Of a DNA stretch of 64,000 nt, positions 45,865 to 55,726 are shown one piece after another. This DNA comes from Candidatus Levyibacteriota bacterium. Its GTDB lineage: Bacteria; Patescibacteriota; Microgenomatia; Levybacterales; GWA1-39-11. The first letter of the stretch is position 1. Every line of letters starts with the position of its first letter. Made by a program: the position numbers and the translations under genes. The DNA lies in contig DAIQMY010000003.1 of NCBI GenBank assembly GCA_036788695.1, positions 6,682-70,681 of the forward strand, read 5' to 3'. The notes below the pieces were generated by a model. That model searched no databases and was not told the origin of the DNA. It saw nothing but the letters and a program-made list of their open reading frames with translations.

Positions 45865-48159
45865 TTATTCTTCAACAAAGCTGACTTCTATTGCTGTAAA
45901 GCCTTGTCTTACGATTTTTTCAAATACAGGAGCTTTAGGTTTTATTGATGGCAAGGTATTGTATTTTTTGATATAAAAAACAATATTTTTATAGGTATCC
46001 GGATGAGGAACAAATGATATTGGTAGAATCTGCTTAGACACTTCGTCTGAATAAAAAGAAACAAAAAGATAAGGACTCGTGATTTTTGCGGTAGAGTTTA
46101 CTAAATCATTTGTTTCCTTTGTATTTAGTCCAATGTGCAGGCTAAAATTTTTAAGTGTTTCTTTAAGCTTGCTGCCAGGAATAATAACTCCCTGTGTAGG
46201 TTTTTGGATGGTGCGCAGCGCGGGTTGATAGTTAAATTCAAATCCTGATAATACTTTGTCATCAACTAAAAAATCTCCGTTTGTAAGTAGCTTTGCATGT
46301 AATCCTTTTTCAGGAAGTACAGATGCGTTAATTGGGTATATGGGCGTACCAAATTTCACTGTAACATTTTTTCCCTGCTGGCCATACAAATAGAGTGGGC
46401 TATCATAACACGCGTCTCCTGTTCCATTTGCTACCCAGCTATTTGTTGAGCTTGTGCCTAGTTGTCCTCCACGCTCCAGACATTCATAACATATATTTAC
46501 CGAATCATAAGCTTCTTGTAGGCAGGTGCCGTAAGCTGCAGTCATGGGTTCAGGTGCTTTCGTTGAATCCCCTGTAAAATGGTAGTTACATCCTGCGATA
46601 GCCTCATCCATACAGAAATTTCCTGTACCGGTTTGGGGAGGGGCTTGTGTAGGTTGTGGGGTGGGTGGCTGTTCTGATTGCCTATCCTCACGTATTGGAC
46701 CAAGTTTAGGTTCAATAACTATTGCTTGGAGTGATAGCGCATAGTTTTTTTCATTCAACTCAGCTATTCTGCTTTTTGAAATTTGAGAGCCTAGTAAGGT
46801 GTCTTTTGTAAACCCCAAAACTTGAAAGTAGGAAGGAACACTCAAAGGGAATATTTTTAGATTGTTTGTTTTTTTGTCATAAAAATAAAGTTTTTCAGCA
46901 AGTAGTGTATAATTTGCCCCTAAATTATTTATATAGGTGTTTGTAGGTGTTTTTCGGGTGATAAAGGTTTGAGTAGAATTTGTCCCTTCAATGACATATG
47001 CCTTATCTTTGAGTGCTATAGACGTGATCATTTTATTTACCTCTATTTTTTTAGACGTTTTTGTTGCGATATTATATATATATCTACCGGTGTTTTCTTG
47101 TTGAGTTGAGATTCGTTTATAGAGTATGTTTCCTGAAAGAGGATCCCATTGGGCATCTGTAATGCTATCAGGTGCTACATTTAAAATCCTTATTTTTTCT
47201 CGTGTTTCTGTGTCAAGAACATCAAGCGTGTTTGTTGATAGAATGACTTTTCTATATGGTCCCGCAGCCTCATCTCCATCTCCTTGTAAATTGTCATATC
47301 CCGCGAATACAAAATATCTGCCGTCTGAAGACATTTCCGGTTGTGTTCCGTACGTCCCATTTTCCAAAGACTGAATTGGAGTTTTTACCTCTCCGTTTAT
47401 TGACGAATAACTCATTCCGTAAGCCATTCCTACTCCAGAATTAGGCAAAAATGTATCCGTAAATACATCCCCATTATTTGTAACCCCAACTGGATAGTGA
47501 ACAGGGGACGTGGTAGAGGAAGTCTCACTGTATAAAAGATATTGTTTATTGTTTGTCGTATCCACTGAATAAACCCTGGACTCACCACCAATAAGTTGGG
47601 ACGCGTTTGGAAGTGGTTTTACCGCCCATATTGCAAGATATTTTCCATTGGGTGATATTCTGTAGTCATCAATTGCAAACCCATCTGAGATAGTAAAAAG
47701 AATCGTCTCTTTTTCTTGTATCGTATCGTTTTTGATGATTTGTGTTCCATAATCCCACGAATTTGTGTTTGCGATATAAGATATAACTGATGGCGTTATG
47801 ATTCGTATGTGTTTTATATTCTTAGGAAGTTCCGCAAGTATTTTTTCTTTTTGCTGTGCTAGATCAATCAGCCCTACTGAGACCCCGCTTGTGCTTCTGA
47901 AGGCATAGACTATTGAATTTGGCGATTTTTCTTTTGTTTGAGCATTCGTTATTGTTTTAGATTCTTTCAATGCAGCGTTTTTTCTAAATTCTGCATTCTT
48001 TTCAACACTGGAGGATATTAAATTAATTACCCCGAGGGAGGCTACAACTAAAATAGCAGCAAAAAGCATAATAAGTAATTTTTTGTGCCTAAATAATGGA
48101 TTTATTTGTTGATTCAGTGGTGATGATTCTTGTAGTAATTGTTGTTGTGGTTCTTCCAT
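45865..48159 (-). CDS. membrane-anchored secreted protein with beta-propeller region and an 8-Cys module
   Basis: 764 aa; N-terminal TM; central region with TolB-like repeats; Pro/Gln linker (QSEQPPTPQPTQAPPQTGTG) then a Cys-rich segment (CMDEAIAGC...CLQEAYDSVNICYEC...DACYD). Confidence 0.55.
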   Translation of the reverse strand: MEEPQQQLLQESSPLNQQINPLFRHKKLLIMLFAAILVVASLGVINLISSSVEKNAEFRKNAALKESKTITNAQTKEKSPNSIVYAFRSTSGVSVGLIDLAQQKEKILAELPKNIKHIRIITPSVISYIANTNSWDYGTQIIKNDTIQEKETILFTISDGFAIDDYRISPNGKYLAIWAVKPLPNASQLIGGESRVYSVDTTNNKQYLLYSETSSTTSPVHYPVGVTNNGDVFTDTFLPNSGVGMAYGMSYSSINGEVKTPIQSLENGTYGTQPEMSSDGRYFVFAGYDNLQGDGDEAAGPYRKVILSTNTLDVLDTETREKIRILNVAPDSITDAQWDPLSGNILYKRISTQQENTGRYIYNIATKTSKKIEVNKMITSIALKDKAYVIEGTNSTQTFITRKTPTNTYINNLGANYTLLAEKLYFYDKKTNNLKIFPLSVPSYFQVLGFTKDTLLGSQISKSRIAELNEKNYALSLQAIVIEPKLGPIREDRQSEQPPTPQPTQAPPQTGTGNFCMDEAIAGCNYHFTGDSTKAPEPMTAAYGTCLQEAYDSVNICYECLERGGQLGTSSTNSWVANGTGDACYDSPLYLYGQQGKNVTVKFGTPIYPINASVLPEKGLHAKLLTNGDFLVDDKVLSGFEFNYQPALRTIQKPTQGVIIPGSKLKETLKNFSLHIGLNTKETNDLVNSTAKITSPYLFVSFYSDEVSKQILPISFVPHPDTYKNIVFYIKKYNTLPSIKPKAPVFEKIVRQGFTAIEVSFVEE

Positions 48160-48214
48160 GTTAGTTTCTTATTTCAGAGTACCAAAGAAGTATAGCATGC
48201 GTCAAGCTTATAGG

Positions 48215-48982
48215 TCATTTTTTAAGAATAAATTTATTAATAACATCGCATATTCCGTCTTCTGTTACGGGTGGAGCTATATAATCAGCAATCGCCTTTA
48301 GCTCAGGAATAGCGTTTCCCATTGCAACCTTAAGCCCTGATGCCATAAGAAGGGGAAAATCATTGTAGCCGTCTCCGACACCTATAATTTCCTCATGTTT
48401 TATATGTAATTTTTCACACACAGAAACAATCCCATGAAGTTTTGTTGCCCTCGCATGCGTAATATTAAAGCCGAAATGGTTAGGTTTTTTGTGTCTTGTC
48501 TTGTGAAGCGTAAGATCAGTCATGTGAGAAAAACGCAAAAAAAGTTTTGTTATTTTTTCCTCAGGGTAATCCTCAAATGCATAGATCATATATGCCTTCT
48601 TGAAAGTCTCAGATTCGCTAAATGGTCCATTACCATGCACGCTTTCATACATATTACTTTTAAGAAAAAAAGGAATATTTTCCTGCCGCAAGATCTTTAC
48701 AATTTCTTTTGCGCATGCATAGGTAATAGGTTCTTCATAGATAGGCTTTTTTGTTTTTATGTCTATTACAACTGCACCACCATTTGTTACCGCATATGCT
48801 GTGCCGGGTAGGGCATTTAAAATAGGTTCAATTGTACTGTATGCTCGTCCGGTGACAAGACACACATCTAGCTTTTTTTGAGCTGCTTGCAGAGAGGAGA
48901 CGACTTTTTTTGAGGGAAAAGATTCATAGTGATAGGGGATAAGCGTTCCATCCACATCCACCATGAGGGCCTTGAAGTCCAT
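48215..48982 (-). CDS. HAD-superfamily hydrolase, Cof/IIB subfamily (sugar-phosphatase-like)
   Basis: Motif I MVDVDGTL, motif IV GDGYNDFPLLMASGLKVAMGNA, cap domain between. Confidence 0.8.
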   Translation of the reverse strand: MDFKALMVDVDGTLIPYHYESFPSKKVVSSLQAAQKKLDVCLVTGRAYSTIEPILNALPGTAYAVTNGGAVVIDIKTKKPIYEEPITYACAKEIVKILRQENIPFFLKSNMYESVHGNGPFSESETFKKAYMIYAFEDYPEEKITKLFLRFSHMTDLTLHKTRHKKPNHFGFNITHARATKLHGIVSVCEKLHIKHEEIIGVGDGYNDFPLLMASGLKVAMGNAIPELKAIADYIAPPVTEDGICDVINKFILKK

Positions 48983-49066
48983 AAAAAATTATATCACAAA
49001 ATCTTGACATGAAGCGTATATTTTTGTAGTCTTAATATGTGCTGATTGTATTCAGGAATATTTTTT

Positions 49067-49867
49067 ATGGAAAATAAATCTCAACAAGTTAAAAAACCCA
49101 ATTTTTTCAAGGGAATAAATAGAGTGGCAAAGGCCATGGGGATAGAGAAAGTATCTGTGTCTCAAGCTGTTACAGCTCCTGATTCTGGATTGGTTACGGT
49201 GGATACTCAGCAGACAAATAGAGAAGTTACTCCACCTACACTCACACCGCAATCAGTAGTTGATAGAGATTCCTCCCCATCTGTTCCGGATGCGGTTTCA
49301 AAGGGGGATACAGCTACGGCTTTTCAAAACGCAGAAGCACAAGACAATACGGGGATTACCGTAGGAACTCGTGAATCAGATGAGGCTCAGCCACTGACTC
49401 CAGTAACTTCTCCTCCTGAAACACCGCCTTCAGTAGTGCCACTTGTGCCACGATCTGAAGTTGTACCTATTACAACTGATAGTAAGCATGAAGAAGAAAT
49501 AAAGCCTGAAATAAGAACCTCACCGGACATTTCTATGCCAAGTGTGTCTGAAGACCCTATTCAGACAAAGGAAGATAGTAGTGTTCGGCTAGATTCGTTA
49601 GGCGGGGCGCTTGAGGCGCTTGTTCTTGAGGCTGATTTGGGCAGTTACATAAACCCTGATGGTTCCATAGACAGTTCAAAGGTAAATTCAGCTGCGTTAA
49701 AATATGCTCAAGACCCAAAGAATATTGATATGATTGAATCAGTAGATCCTGTTTTGGGCACTTTTTTACGAAGTATTGCAGACAGAGGTTTGTTGCAGAA
49801 TGGTAATCTTGTTGCTTCAGGTCTTAAAGTAATCTCAAGCCGAAAAGACACAAATAAAGCAGCTTAA
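49067..49867 (+). CDS. hypothetical low-complexity (intrinsically disordered-looking) protein
   Basis: ORF track starts at 49046 with a non-ATG codon; the first ATG gives MENKSQQVKK...; Ser/Thr/Pro/Asp-rich, no TM. Confidence 0.4.
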   Translation: MENKSQQVKKPNFFKGINRVAKAMGIEKVSVSQAVTAPDSGLVTVDTQQTNREVTPPTLTPQSVVDRDSSPSVPDAVSKGDTATAFQNAEAQDNTGITVGTRESDEAQPLTPVTSPPETPPSVVPLVPRSEVVPITTDSKHEEEIKPEIRTSPDISMPSVSEDPIQTKEDSSVRLDSLGGALEALVLEADLGSYINPDGSIDSSKVNSAALKYAQDPKNIDMIESVDPVLGTFLRSIADRGLLQNGNLVASGLKVISSRKDTNKAA

Positions 49868-49898
49868 GTATTCTGATCCTACACTTGATACTTCCTTT

Positions 49899-50798
49899 TT
49901 GATCTATCATAATAATTATGTGTCAGATTTTAAATTTATAGAAATCCCAAATGAAAATCAGTGGGTGATAAGTGCTCCTAAACGTGCCAGTAGACCTGAG
50001 AGTAAGAAAAAAACTGGGTGTGTTTTCTGTCCTAAAGAAGATCCAAATAATATTGAGCTTGAGAAATATAGAATTGGCGGAGAAAAAGGTGACCCGCATT
50101 GGAAAATACGGGTTATACAAAACAAATTTCCTTTCGCCCCAATTCATGATGTGGTCATTCTTACCCCAGAGCATGTAAAACATCTTTCAGATGTAAACGT
50201 AGAGCAGGTGAGACTAGGAATCGAGACGTATGTGAATAGGTATAATACATATAAAAAAGACGGAAATGTAACAATTTTTGGGAATGCAGGTCATGGATCT
50301 GGTGAATCTATAGGACATCCTCATGCTCAAATTGCGGTAACACCGCAAGAAGTTGCGCTAACTGTTCCAAGGCTTGAGAAGGAAGTTTCCTACAGGGGTG
50401 AACATTTTGTTGTTGGAGAGTTTGAGCTGATATGTCCACCATATTCACAATGGCCGGATGAAGTTTGGATAATTCCGCAAGAGCGGGGAAAAACCTTTGG
50501 CGAAGTATCATACAAAGAAATTGAAAGCTTATCATACGTTTGGCATAGGATAATTAAAATATTTGAGATGAGACATGGACATACGTTTCCGCATAATTTT
50601 TATATCTACCCCTTTTCTGATTGGTATTTACGGATTATTCCTCGCGCAAAAATTCCCGGTGGGTTTGAACTTGCGACGGGAGTTTTTGTAAATACTCAGG
50701 ATCCACATGAGACAATGAGTTTTATAAAAGAACATTTTGCTGAAGCAGAAGAAAAGAAAATCAGGAAGAATAGAGCAAAATATAGATGGGGAGTATAA
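49899..50798 (+). CDS. GalT-type HIT-family nucleotidyltransferase (galactose-1-phosphate uridylyltransferase / ADP-glucose phosphorylase-like)
   Basis: Zn-binding CVFCP, VIQNKFPF and the active-site H-P-H-x-Q (GHPHAQI) in GalT order. Confidence 0.6.
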   Translation: MIYHNNYVSDFKFIEIPNENQWVISAPKRASRPESKKKTGCVFCPKEDPNNIELEKYRIGGEKGDPHWKIRVIQNKFPFAPIHDVVILTPEHVKHLSDVNVEQVRLGIETYVNRYNTYKKDGNVTIFGNAGHGSGESIGHPHAQIAVTPQEVALTVPRLEKEVSYRGEHFVVGEFELICPPYSQWPDEVWIIPQERGKTFGEVSYKEIESLSYVWHRIIKIFEMRHGHTFPHNFYIYPFSDWYLRIIPRAKIPGGFELATGVFVNTQDPHETMSFIKEHFAEAEEKKIRKNRAKYRWGV

Positions 50799-50871
50799 CT
50801 CTTTGCGTTATGTTTTGCCTAAGACATTTATATAATTTTAATTTTTAATCTGGTATAATTACTTTTTCACA

Positions 50872-51654
50872 ATGAATAAACGTTTAGTTATTATATCTGA
50901 CTACGGAATAGGAGACCCCGCTTTTGTCGAGGTTTCTGTACGCCTTAACTCATATTCACCTGAGCTTACTATTTTTTCCATAGCTACACCTGCGTTTTCT
51001 ACAATTAATACCGGCTTTTGGATTTCGCAAATTGCCCTGGCGCAAAATGTAAGTGATACCTATATCTTTTCAAATACAGCTCCTCGGAAAGAAGACAAGA
51101 GGGCACAGAAAAATAATAGAGGTGAAAAATTAATGTATGCTAAGCTGAAGAACGGTTTTGAAATTATCGCGGTAAATTCAGGGTTTTGTTTTTCTTTTGT
51201 TCGGGATTATATACAAGAGTTCAGAGAGGTTAAAGTCTCAAATGAGGGTTCACAATTCAGATCCAGAGATAACTATCCGCAAAAAGTATCAGAAATGATT
51301 GCTGGAAAATATGAGGAATTTTTAGGTGATGATTTTCAGGTGGACTCAATTCCTGAGATACCAAAGAACAAAATTGCATCAATTGACGGATATGGAAATA
51401 TAAAAACTACCATGCGTTTATCAGAGCTTAGTTATAAGCCAGGACAGAAATTATTGATAAAATTAAATACAAGCTCGCATCTGGTAACCTTTTCTGACGG
51501 AGTATTTAATATTGCTGAAGGCGAGACGGCATTTGCTCCTGGCTCATCAGGCTATAGCGACCGCTTTATGGAGATATTTGTTCGTGGAGGAAGCGCGTAT
51601 GCGCAATTTAGTAAGCCTCGTGTAGAGCAGGAATTTGAAATTGTTGAAAAGTAG
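50872..51654 (+). CDS. SAM hydroxide adenosyltransferase-like (DUF62/SalL-FlA family) protein
   Basis: N-terminal LVIISDYGIGDPAFVEVSVRL resembles the conserved DUF62 N-terminus (LLTDFG..D.YVG..KGV); size of about 260 aa fits. Confidence 0.4.
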   Translation: MNKRLVIISDYGIGDPAFVEVSVRLNSYSPELTIFSIATPAFSTINTGFWISQIALAQNVSDTYIFSNTAPRKEDKRAQKNNRGEKLMYAKLKNGFEIIAVNSGFCFSFVRDYIQEFREVKVSNEGSQFRSRDNYPQKVSEMIAGKYEEFLGDDFQVDSIPEIPKNKIASIDGYGNIKTTMRLSELSYKPGQKLLIKLNTSSHLVTFSDGVFNIAEGETAFAPGSSGYSDRFMEIFVRGGSAYAQFSKPRVEQEFEIVEK

Positions 51655-51695
51655 AACTTCTTGCGTGATAGTGGAATATTTTACATAAAATCCCA

Positions 51696-52577
51696 TTAAG
51701 GAGTGCTTGTTCCAGTGGATGGGAGTATTATTTGAGGTATATTTTGGTTTTCCATCCGTTGCTTCGCTTTTAAGAACCCCGATCCTGAAGCGTTTTGATT
51801 CTTGGGCGCTATGATTAAAAGTCCCTGAATTATTTGGCGCGCATCCAAAAGCGCAGTTTTTATATCCTGGATTGCAGTTTGAAGATTTGTTTTTGCGTTT
51901 TGAAGAATTATTTTATTGCTAGGATAGCCATCCGGAGTAAGTGGGGTAATATTTGTAATGATTGCGTTTGCCTGTGTATTTGCATCGGTAATTTTTGAAT
52001 TCATATCCGTGAGTAATACTTCAAGCGCAGCAGTATCTGTACCATTTGTTTGAGCAGTGGTGATTCTTTCAGACAGTCTGGCTGAAAGGGAGGAGAGTTT
52101 CATGGTAGCTTCAAGTATGCTGTTTGCGCCAGCAAGAAGGCGTATCTGTGGAATGTACACTGCGTACACGCGATATGAGGTTACTATAGATTGTACATCT
52201 GTTTTAAGTATTACAGGATCGGTATCTGACTGGATTTTAGAAGACAACGTGTTTAGGCTTGTGATTTCAGCCTGAATAGAAGTGGTAAATTTTTCTTTTT
52301 GTGTTGGGGTTAGGTTCTTTAAAGTGTTTATTTTTGTTAAAAGCTCAGTTAATGAATTAATTCGTTTTTGGATTTCAGAGAGGGCGCGCTGCTGAAGTGT
52401 TCCTTGTAGATTTTGCTTGATTGCAGCGCTATTACTTCCAACCCTGTTGCCTGTAGGATATTTAATTTGACTTGGGTTAAGTGTTACGCTTTGTGCATGC
52501 GCGGTTTGCACTTTTGTTACGAGAAGCACAAAGAAAATAATAAGCAAAAAAGATAGATATTTATATGTATATTTCAT
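51696..52577 (-). CDS. secreted hypothetical protein (signal peptide, Gln/Thr-rich helical)
   Basis: 293 aa; N-terminal signal/TM (LSFLLIIFFVLLVTKVQTAHA); repetitive T/Q/L-rich; its start overlaps the stop of the upstream ORF at 52577. Confidence 0.5.
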   Translation of the reverse strand: MKYTYKYLSFLLIIFFVLLVTKVQTAHAQSVTLNPSQIKYPTGNRVGSNSAAIKQNLQGTLQQRALSEIQKRINSLTELLTKINTLKNLTPTQKEKFTTSIQAEITSLNTLSSKIQSDTDPVILKTDVQSIVTSYRVYAVYIPQIRLLAGANSILEATMKLSSLSARLSERITTAQTNGTDTAALEVLLTDMNSKITDANTQANAIITNITPLTPDGYPSNKIILQNAKTNLQTAIQDIKTALLDARQIIQGLLIIAPKNQNASGSGFLKAKQRMENQNIPQIILPSTGTSTP

Positions 52578-53032
52578 TATTGTAAGTTAGGTGCCTGCTC
52601 AGTAAGTGAAGTGTTTATTTGATTTAATTGTGTCTCAAGCTGTGTTACATCCTGTGTTACTTCTTGGTTTGTCTGTTCAAGCGCTGCATCACTTGACGCT
52701 GGTGTTGGAGATGGGGTTGCGGTAGGAGTAATGGTGGTATTTTCAACTGTTTTCTGTTCTTTTGTTTTTCCTTGACCCTGAAGCATTATAAAGTAAGTAA
52801 TACCTAATACTACCACGAGGAGTACAAGACCTATCAGAAAAAGCAAGAGCATTTTTGATGATTTATGTGGAGCTTGTGTAGTATCTGTTGCGGGCGTTTG
52901 AGGTGGAGGAGTGGGGTCACTAGCGGGTGGTGTTGTCTGTTGTGATTCCGGAGTTTTAGAAATTGCGGCAGGTGTTGAAGGTGCTACATTTTCTACAGGA
53001 GGAGTTGTTGTATTCTGGGCAGAATTTTCCAT
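52577..53032 (-). CDS. Pro/Thr-rich single-pass membrane protein
   Basis: 151 aa; P/T-rich N-terminus, TM (MLLLFLIGLVLLVVVLGITYFIML), T/P-rich C-terminus. Confidence 0.45.
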   Translation of the reverse strand: MENSAQNTTTPPVENVAPSTPAAISKTPESQQTTPPASDPTPPPQTPATDTTQAPHKSSKMLLLFLIGLVLLVVVLGITYFIMLQGQGKTKEQKTVENTTITPTATPSPTPASSDAALEQTNQEVTQDVTQLETQLNQINTSLTEQAPNLQ

Positions 53033-53174
53033 ATAGTTTAGCGTACATATTTATGGATAAATTGTCAAGTTTATTTTAAGAAAGTAACAGTCTATTCGTA
53101 AGCTTAGAGATGTAGTGCAGAGGTGGTTTGCTGGCGCGAGAAAAAAGTAAGACACCGATTTAGCCCGGCGAGTT

Positions 53175-53618
53175 TCATTTTGTGTTTCCTGACTGAAGTA
53201 CGTTTTTTCTATAATAATTAAGATTTACAAGTTTATTTGCAATAATTCCCGTCATAAGCTGCAGTGTTTCCTGTCGTGTGAATTTCCATGAGTCTGATTC
53301 TGGTATATATTCACCTACACCCAACGCGGATCGAATTTTTCTGATTTTATCTTTATTGTAAGACATAACAAGTTGACCCACGTCTGTAAGCGTTGCGTGT
53401 ATGTATTCATCTTTCCAGTCTAGTTGTTCCCCCATTTTTTCACCTATTGAGCTTGACGCAAATACCGTAAAGTCATTTGCTGCTGTCTCCCAAGCTTTTT
53501 TTAAGTGCTCTCTTTTTCTGGCGTTATTTTTTTCAAATTGATCCCTGTCATGCGGGAAGGGGATATGCCTTGTATTAATAAAAGGAGGTCTTTGTGATAT
53601 GTGTTCTGCCGAAGACAT
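53175..53618 (-). CDS. hypothetical protein
   Basis: 147-aa ORF downstream of rplA on the same strand. Confidence 0.4.
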   Translation of the reverse strand: MSSAEHISQRPPFINTRHIPFPHDRDQFEKNNARKREHLKKAWETAANDFTVFASSSIGEKMGEQLDWKDEYIHATLTDVGQLVMSYNKDKIRKIRSALGVGEYIPESDSWKFTRQETLQLMTGIIANKLVNLNYYRKNVLQSGNTK

Positions 53619-53629
53619 AATAGGGTTTA

Positions 53630-54469
53630 TTACAAGGAAATTTTTATGGCAGGAGACATGGTAGATTTGAGAGTTACGGAATTGATCTTGCTGTTGCCAA
53701 TAGCAGATACTACAGCTGTAATGTTATCTGCAATTTTTTTGTCATCAAAAGATAATTTACCTACAGAAAGATGCACAATGGGAGCAGTTGACTCTGTTTT
53801 ATATCCGATTTGTCCTGCGGAGAGTTTTTCTGCCGCCTTTTCAGGCTCTGCGCTAATTGTTCCGTTTTTAGGATTTGGCATAAGTCCACGTGGTCCTAGT
53901 ATTTTTGCGACCTTGGCAAGTTTAGGCATTACAGATGGATGAGCTACCAGTATGTCAAAGCTGATTTTCCCTTTTTCTATTTCTGCAATTAATTGATCGT
54001 CAGCAATTTTTATATTAAGTTTTTTTCCTGTTCCGTGAGGAAGTACGACTGTTCCTGAAATTCCTTTTTCTTTCGTGTTAATATGTAGCTCTACAGTTTC
54101 ATCAAAGGATGATGTTTTAAATTTTCTTAATTTCTCAATAGACTTTGTGATATTTATAGGAGTAGTATCAGTTAGTTTTTTATTTTCTGTGTGTCTCTTT
54201 GAGATAACTCGGATTTTTTTTGCCTCTTTTTCTTTCTTATCATCCTTTTGAGATGTCTGATCGCTAGTTGAAGCACTATCTAATTGGGCCGCAATTTCTT
54301 CTTCAGACACACCAACAGTAGCAGTTCTCTCTCCGCCTTTCATTCCGGCAACATGAGCACTTTTCTTGCCTTCACGTAGATCTTTTTGCTCACGTTTAGC
54401 CTTATTTTTTTCTATCTCCTGTTGTTCTTGTTGTTCGTCACCTATGACTTTTATTTTTACTTTTCCCAT
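53630..54469 (-). CDS. rplA: 50S ribosomal protein L1 with ~85-aa Lys/Glu-rich N-terminal extension
   Basis: Conserved core FDETVELHINT...GTVVLPHGTGK...; the 279-aa ORF is about 50 aa longer than typical L1. Confidence 0.85.
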   Translation of the reverse strand: MGKVKIKVIGDEQQEQQEIEKNKAKREQKDLREGKKSAHVAGMKGGERTATVGVSEEEIAAQLDSASTSDQTSQKDDKKEKEAKKIRVISKRHTENKKLTDTTPINITKSIEKLRKFKTSSFDETVELHINTKEKGISGTVVLPHGTGKKLNIKIADDQLIAEIEKGKISFDILVAHPSVMPKLAKVAKILGPRGLMPNPKNGTISAEPEKAAEKLSAGQIGYKTESTAPIVHLSVGKLSFDDKKIADNITAVVSAIGNSKINSVTLKSTMSPAIKISL

Positions 54470-54585
54470 ATTTGAAGAAAACTACTTTAGAATATATCTA
54501 ATTTGTTTTCGTTTTCAAGATTATATCTAAAACTTCTGTAGACCAAGAAGGTATATCCTTCCAAGTCACAAGAGGTACAGATACA

Positions 54586-55017
54586 TTAGTTATTTGCCTC
54601 AGTTTCAATTCCCATGCTGCGCGCAACCCCTTTTACAATTCGCGCACCCATTTTAACATCTTTAGTGTTTAAGTCATCCATCTTAATAGTTGCAATCTCT
54701 TCAGCTTGGGCATTTGAAAGCTTTCCTGCGACTTCTTTAGAAGGTTTTCCTGAACCTTTTTGGATTTTTAGTGTTTTTTTAATAAGCTCCGCAACTGGTG
54801 GTTTTTTTACAATAAAAGAAAACGTTCTATCTTCATAAACGGTGATAACTACTGGAAGAACTGTTCCTTTTTGGTCTCCTGTTTTGTCATTGAAGGCTTT
54901 TACAAACTCCATAATAGGAAGCCCATGAGGACCTAAAGCGGTTCCAATTGGAGGAGCAGGAGTAGCCTCTCCACCTTTAACGTTTATCTTAATAAATGTC
55001 TTAATTTTTTTTGCCAT
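54586..55017 (-). CDS. rplK: 50S ribosomal protein L11
   Basis: MAKKIKTFIKINVKGGEATPAPPIGTALGPHGLPIMEFVKAFN is the near-universal L11 N-terminal domain. Confidence 0.95.
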   Translation of the reverse strand: MAKKIKTFIKINVKGGEATPAPPIGTALGPHGLPIMEFVKAFNDKTGDQKGTVLPVVITVYEDRTFSFIVKKPPVAELIKKTLKIQKGSGKPSKEVAGKLSNAQAEEIATIKMDDLNTKDVKMGARIVKGVARSMGIETEANN

Positions 55018-55179
55018 AATCTTATATTTAAATTAAAAAATATGCCAAGAGTCATGTACTCAGAAGATGTACAGGTCATCTGGGTCAAGTTCTTTTAATT
55101 TTTCGCGCAATCTATGTATTTTAGCTTGTTTTCTTGCAGAAGCAATTAAATCTTTTGCTTCTCCTCGTTAAGTCCTATA

Positions 55180-55716
55180 TTATAGTTTTTCCACCTGCAA
55201 GAAATCAAATTCTACTGGTGTTTCACGTCCAAAAATGTTCATAAGAACTTTCATGCGACCACGGGCTTCATCTATGGATTCTACTGTTCCTAGCTGTTCT
55301 GAGAATGGTCCATCTACTACTTTTACGGCTTGTCCTACAGAGAACGCGGATTTGAAGACTGGATCTTTCATCTCTACAAACTTAACAATAGCTTCGACTT
55401 CGTCATCACGTACTGGAGTTGGCTTGTTTTGTGCACCTACAAAAGAGGTAACTCCTGCGGTTGTACGTACTAAAAGCCATGATTCATCATCCAGAACCAT
55501 TTTTACCATAATGTATCCTGGGAAAATTTTCTCCTTAACATTTTCTTTCTTCCCCCCACGTACCTTAATTGTTTCGCGAGTAGGAACGAGGACTTCAAGA
55601 ATGCGTCCTTCAAATCCCATACTCTGTACGCGCTGCATAAGAGTTTTTGCAACTTTATTTTCGTGTCCAGAGTAGGTATGTACTATATACCAGTGTGCTT
55701 TTTTTCCTTCTTCCAT
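55180..55716 (-). CDS. nusG: transcription termination/antitermination factor NusG
   Basis: NGN domain (HWYIVHTYSGHENKV) and C-terminal KOW (GQAVKVVDGPFSEQLGTVESID). Confidence 0.9.
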   Translation of the reverse strand: MEEGKKAHWYIVHTYSGHENKVAKTLMQRVQSMGFEGRILEVLVPTRETIKVRGGKKENVKEKIFPGYIMVKMVLDDESWLLVRTTAGVTSFVGAQNKPTPVRDDEVEAIVKFVEMKDPVFKSAFSVGQAVKVVDGPFSEQLGTVESIDEARGRMKVLMNIFGRETPVEFDFLQVEKL

Positions 55717-55726
55717 ATTTATATTT

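Noticed and set aside
48434-48811. 125-aa plus-strand ORF opposite the HAD hydrolase gene
   Set aside because: Antisense artefact inside a gene with intact HAD motifs
55235-55675. 146-aa plus-strand ORF opposite nusG
   Set aside because: Antisense to a well-supported conserved gene (nusG); Ser/Thr/Pro-rich translation typical of antisense frames
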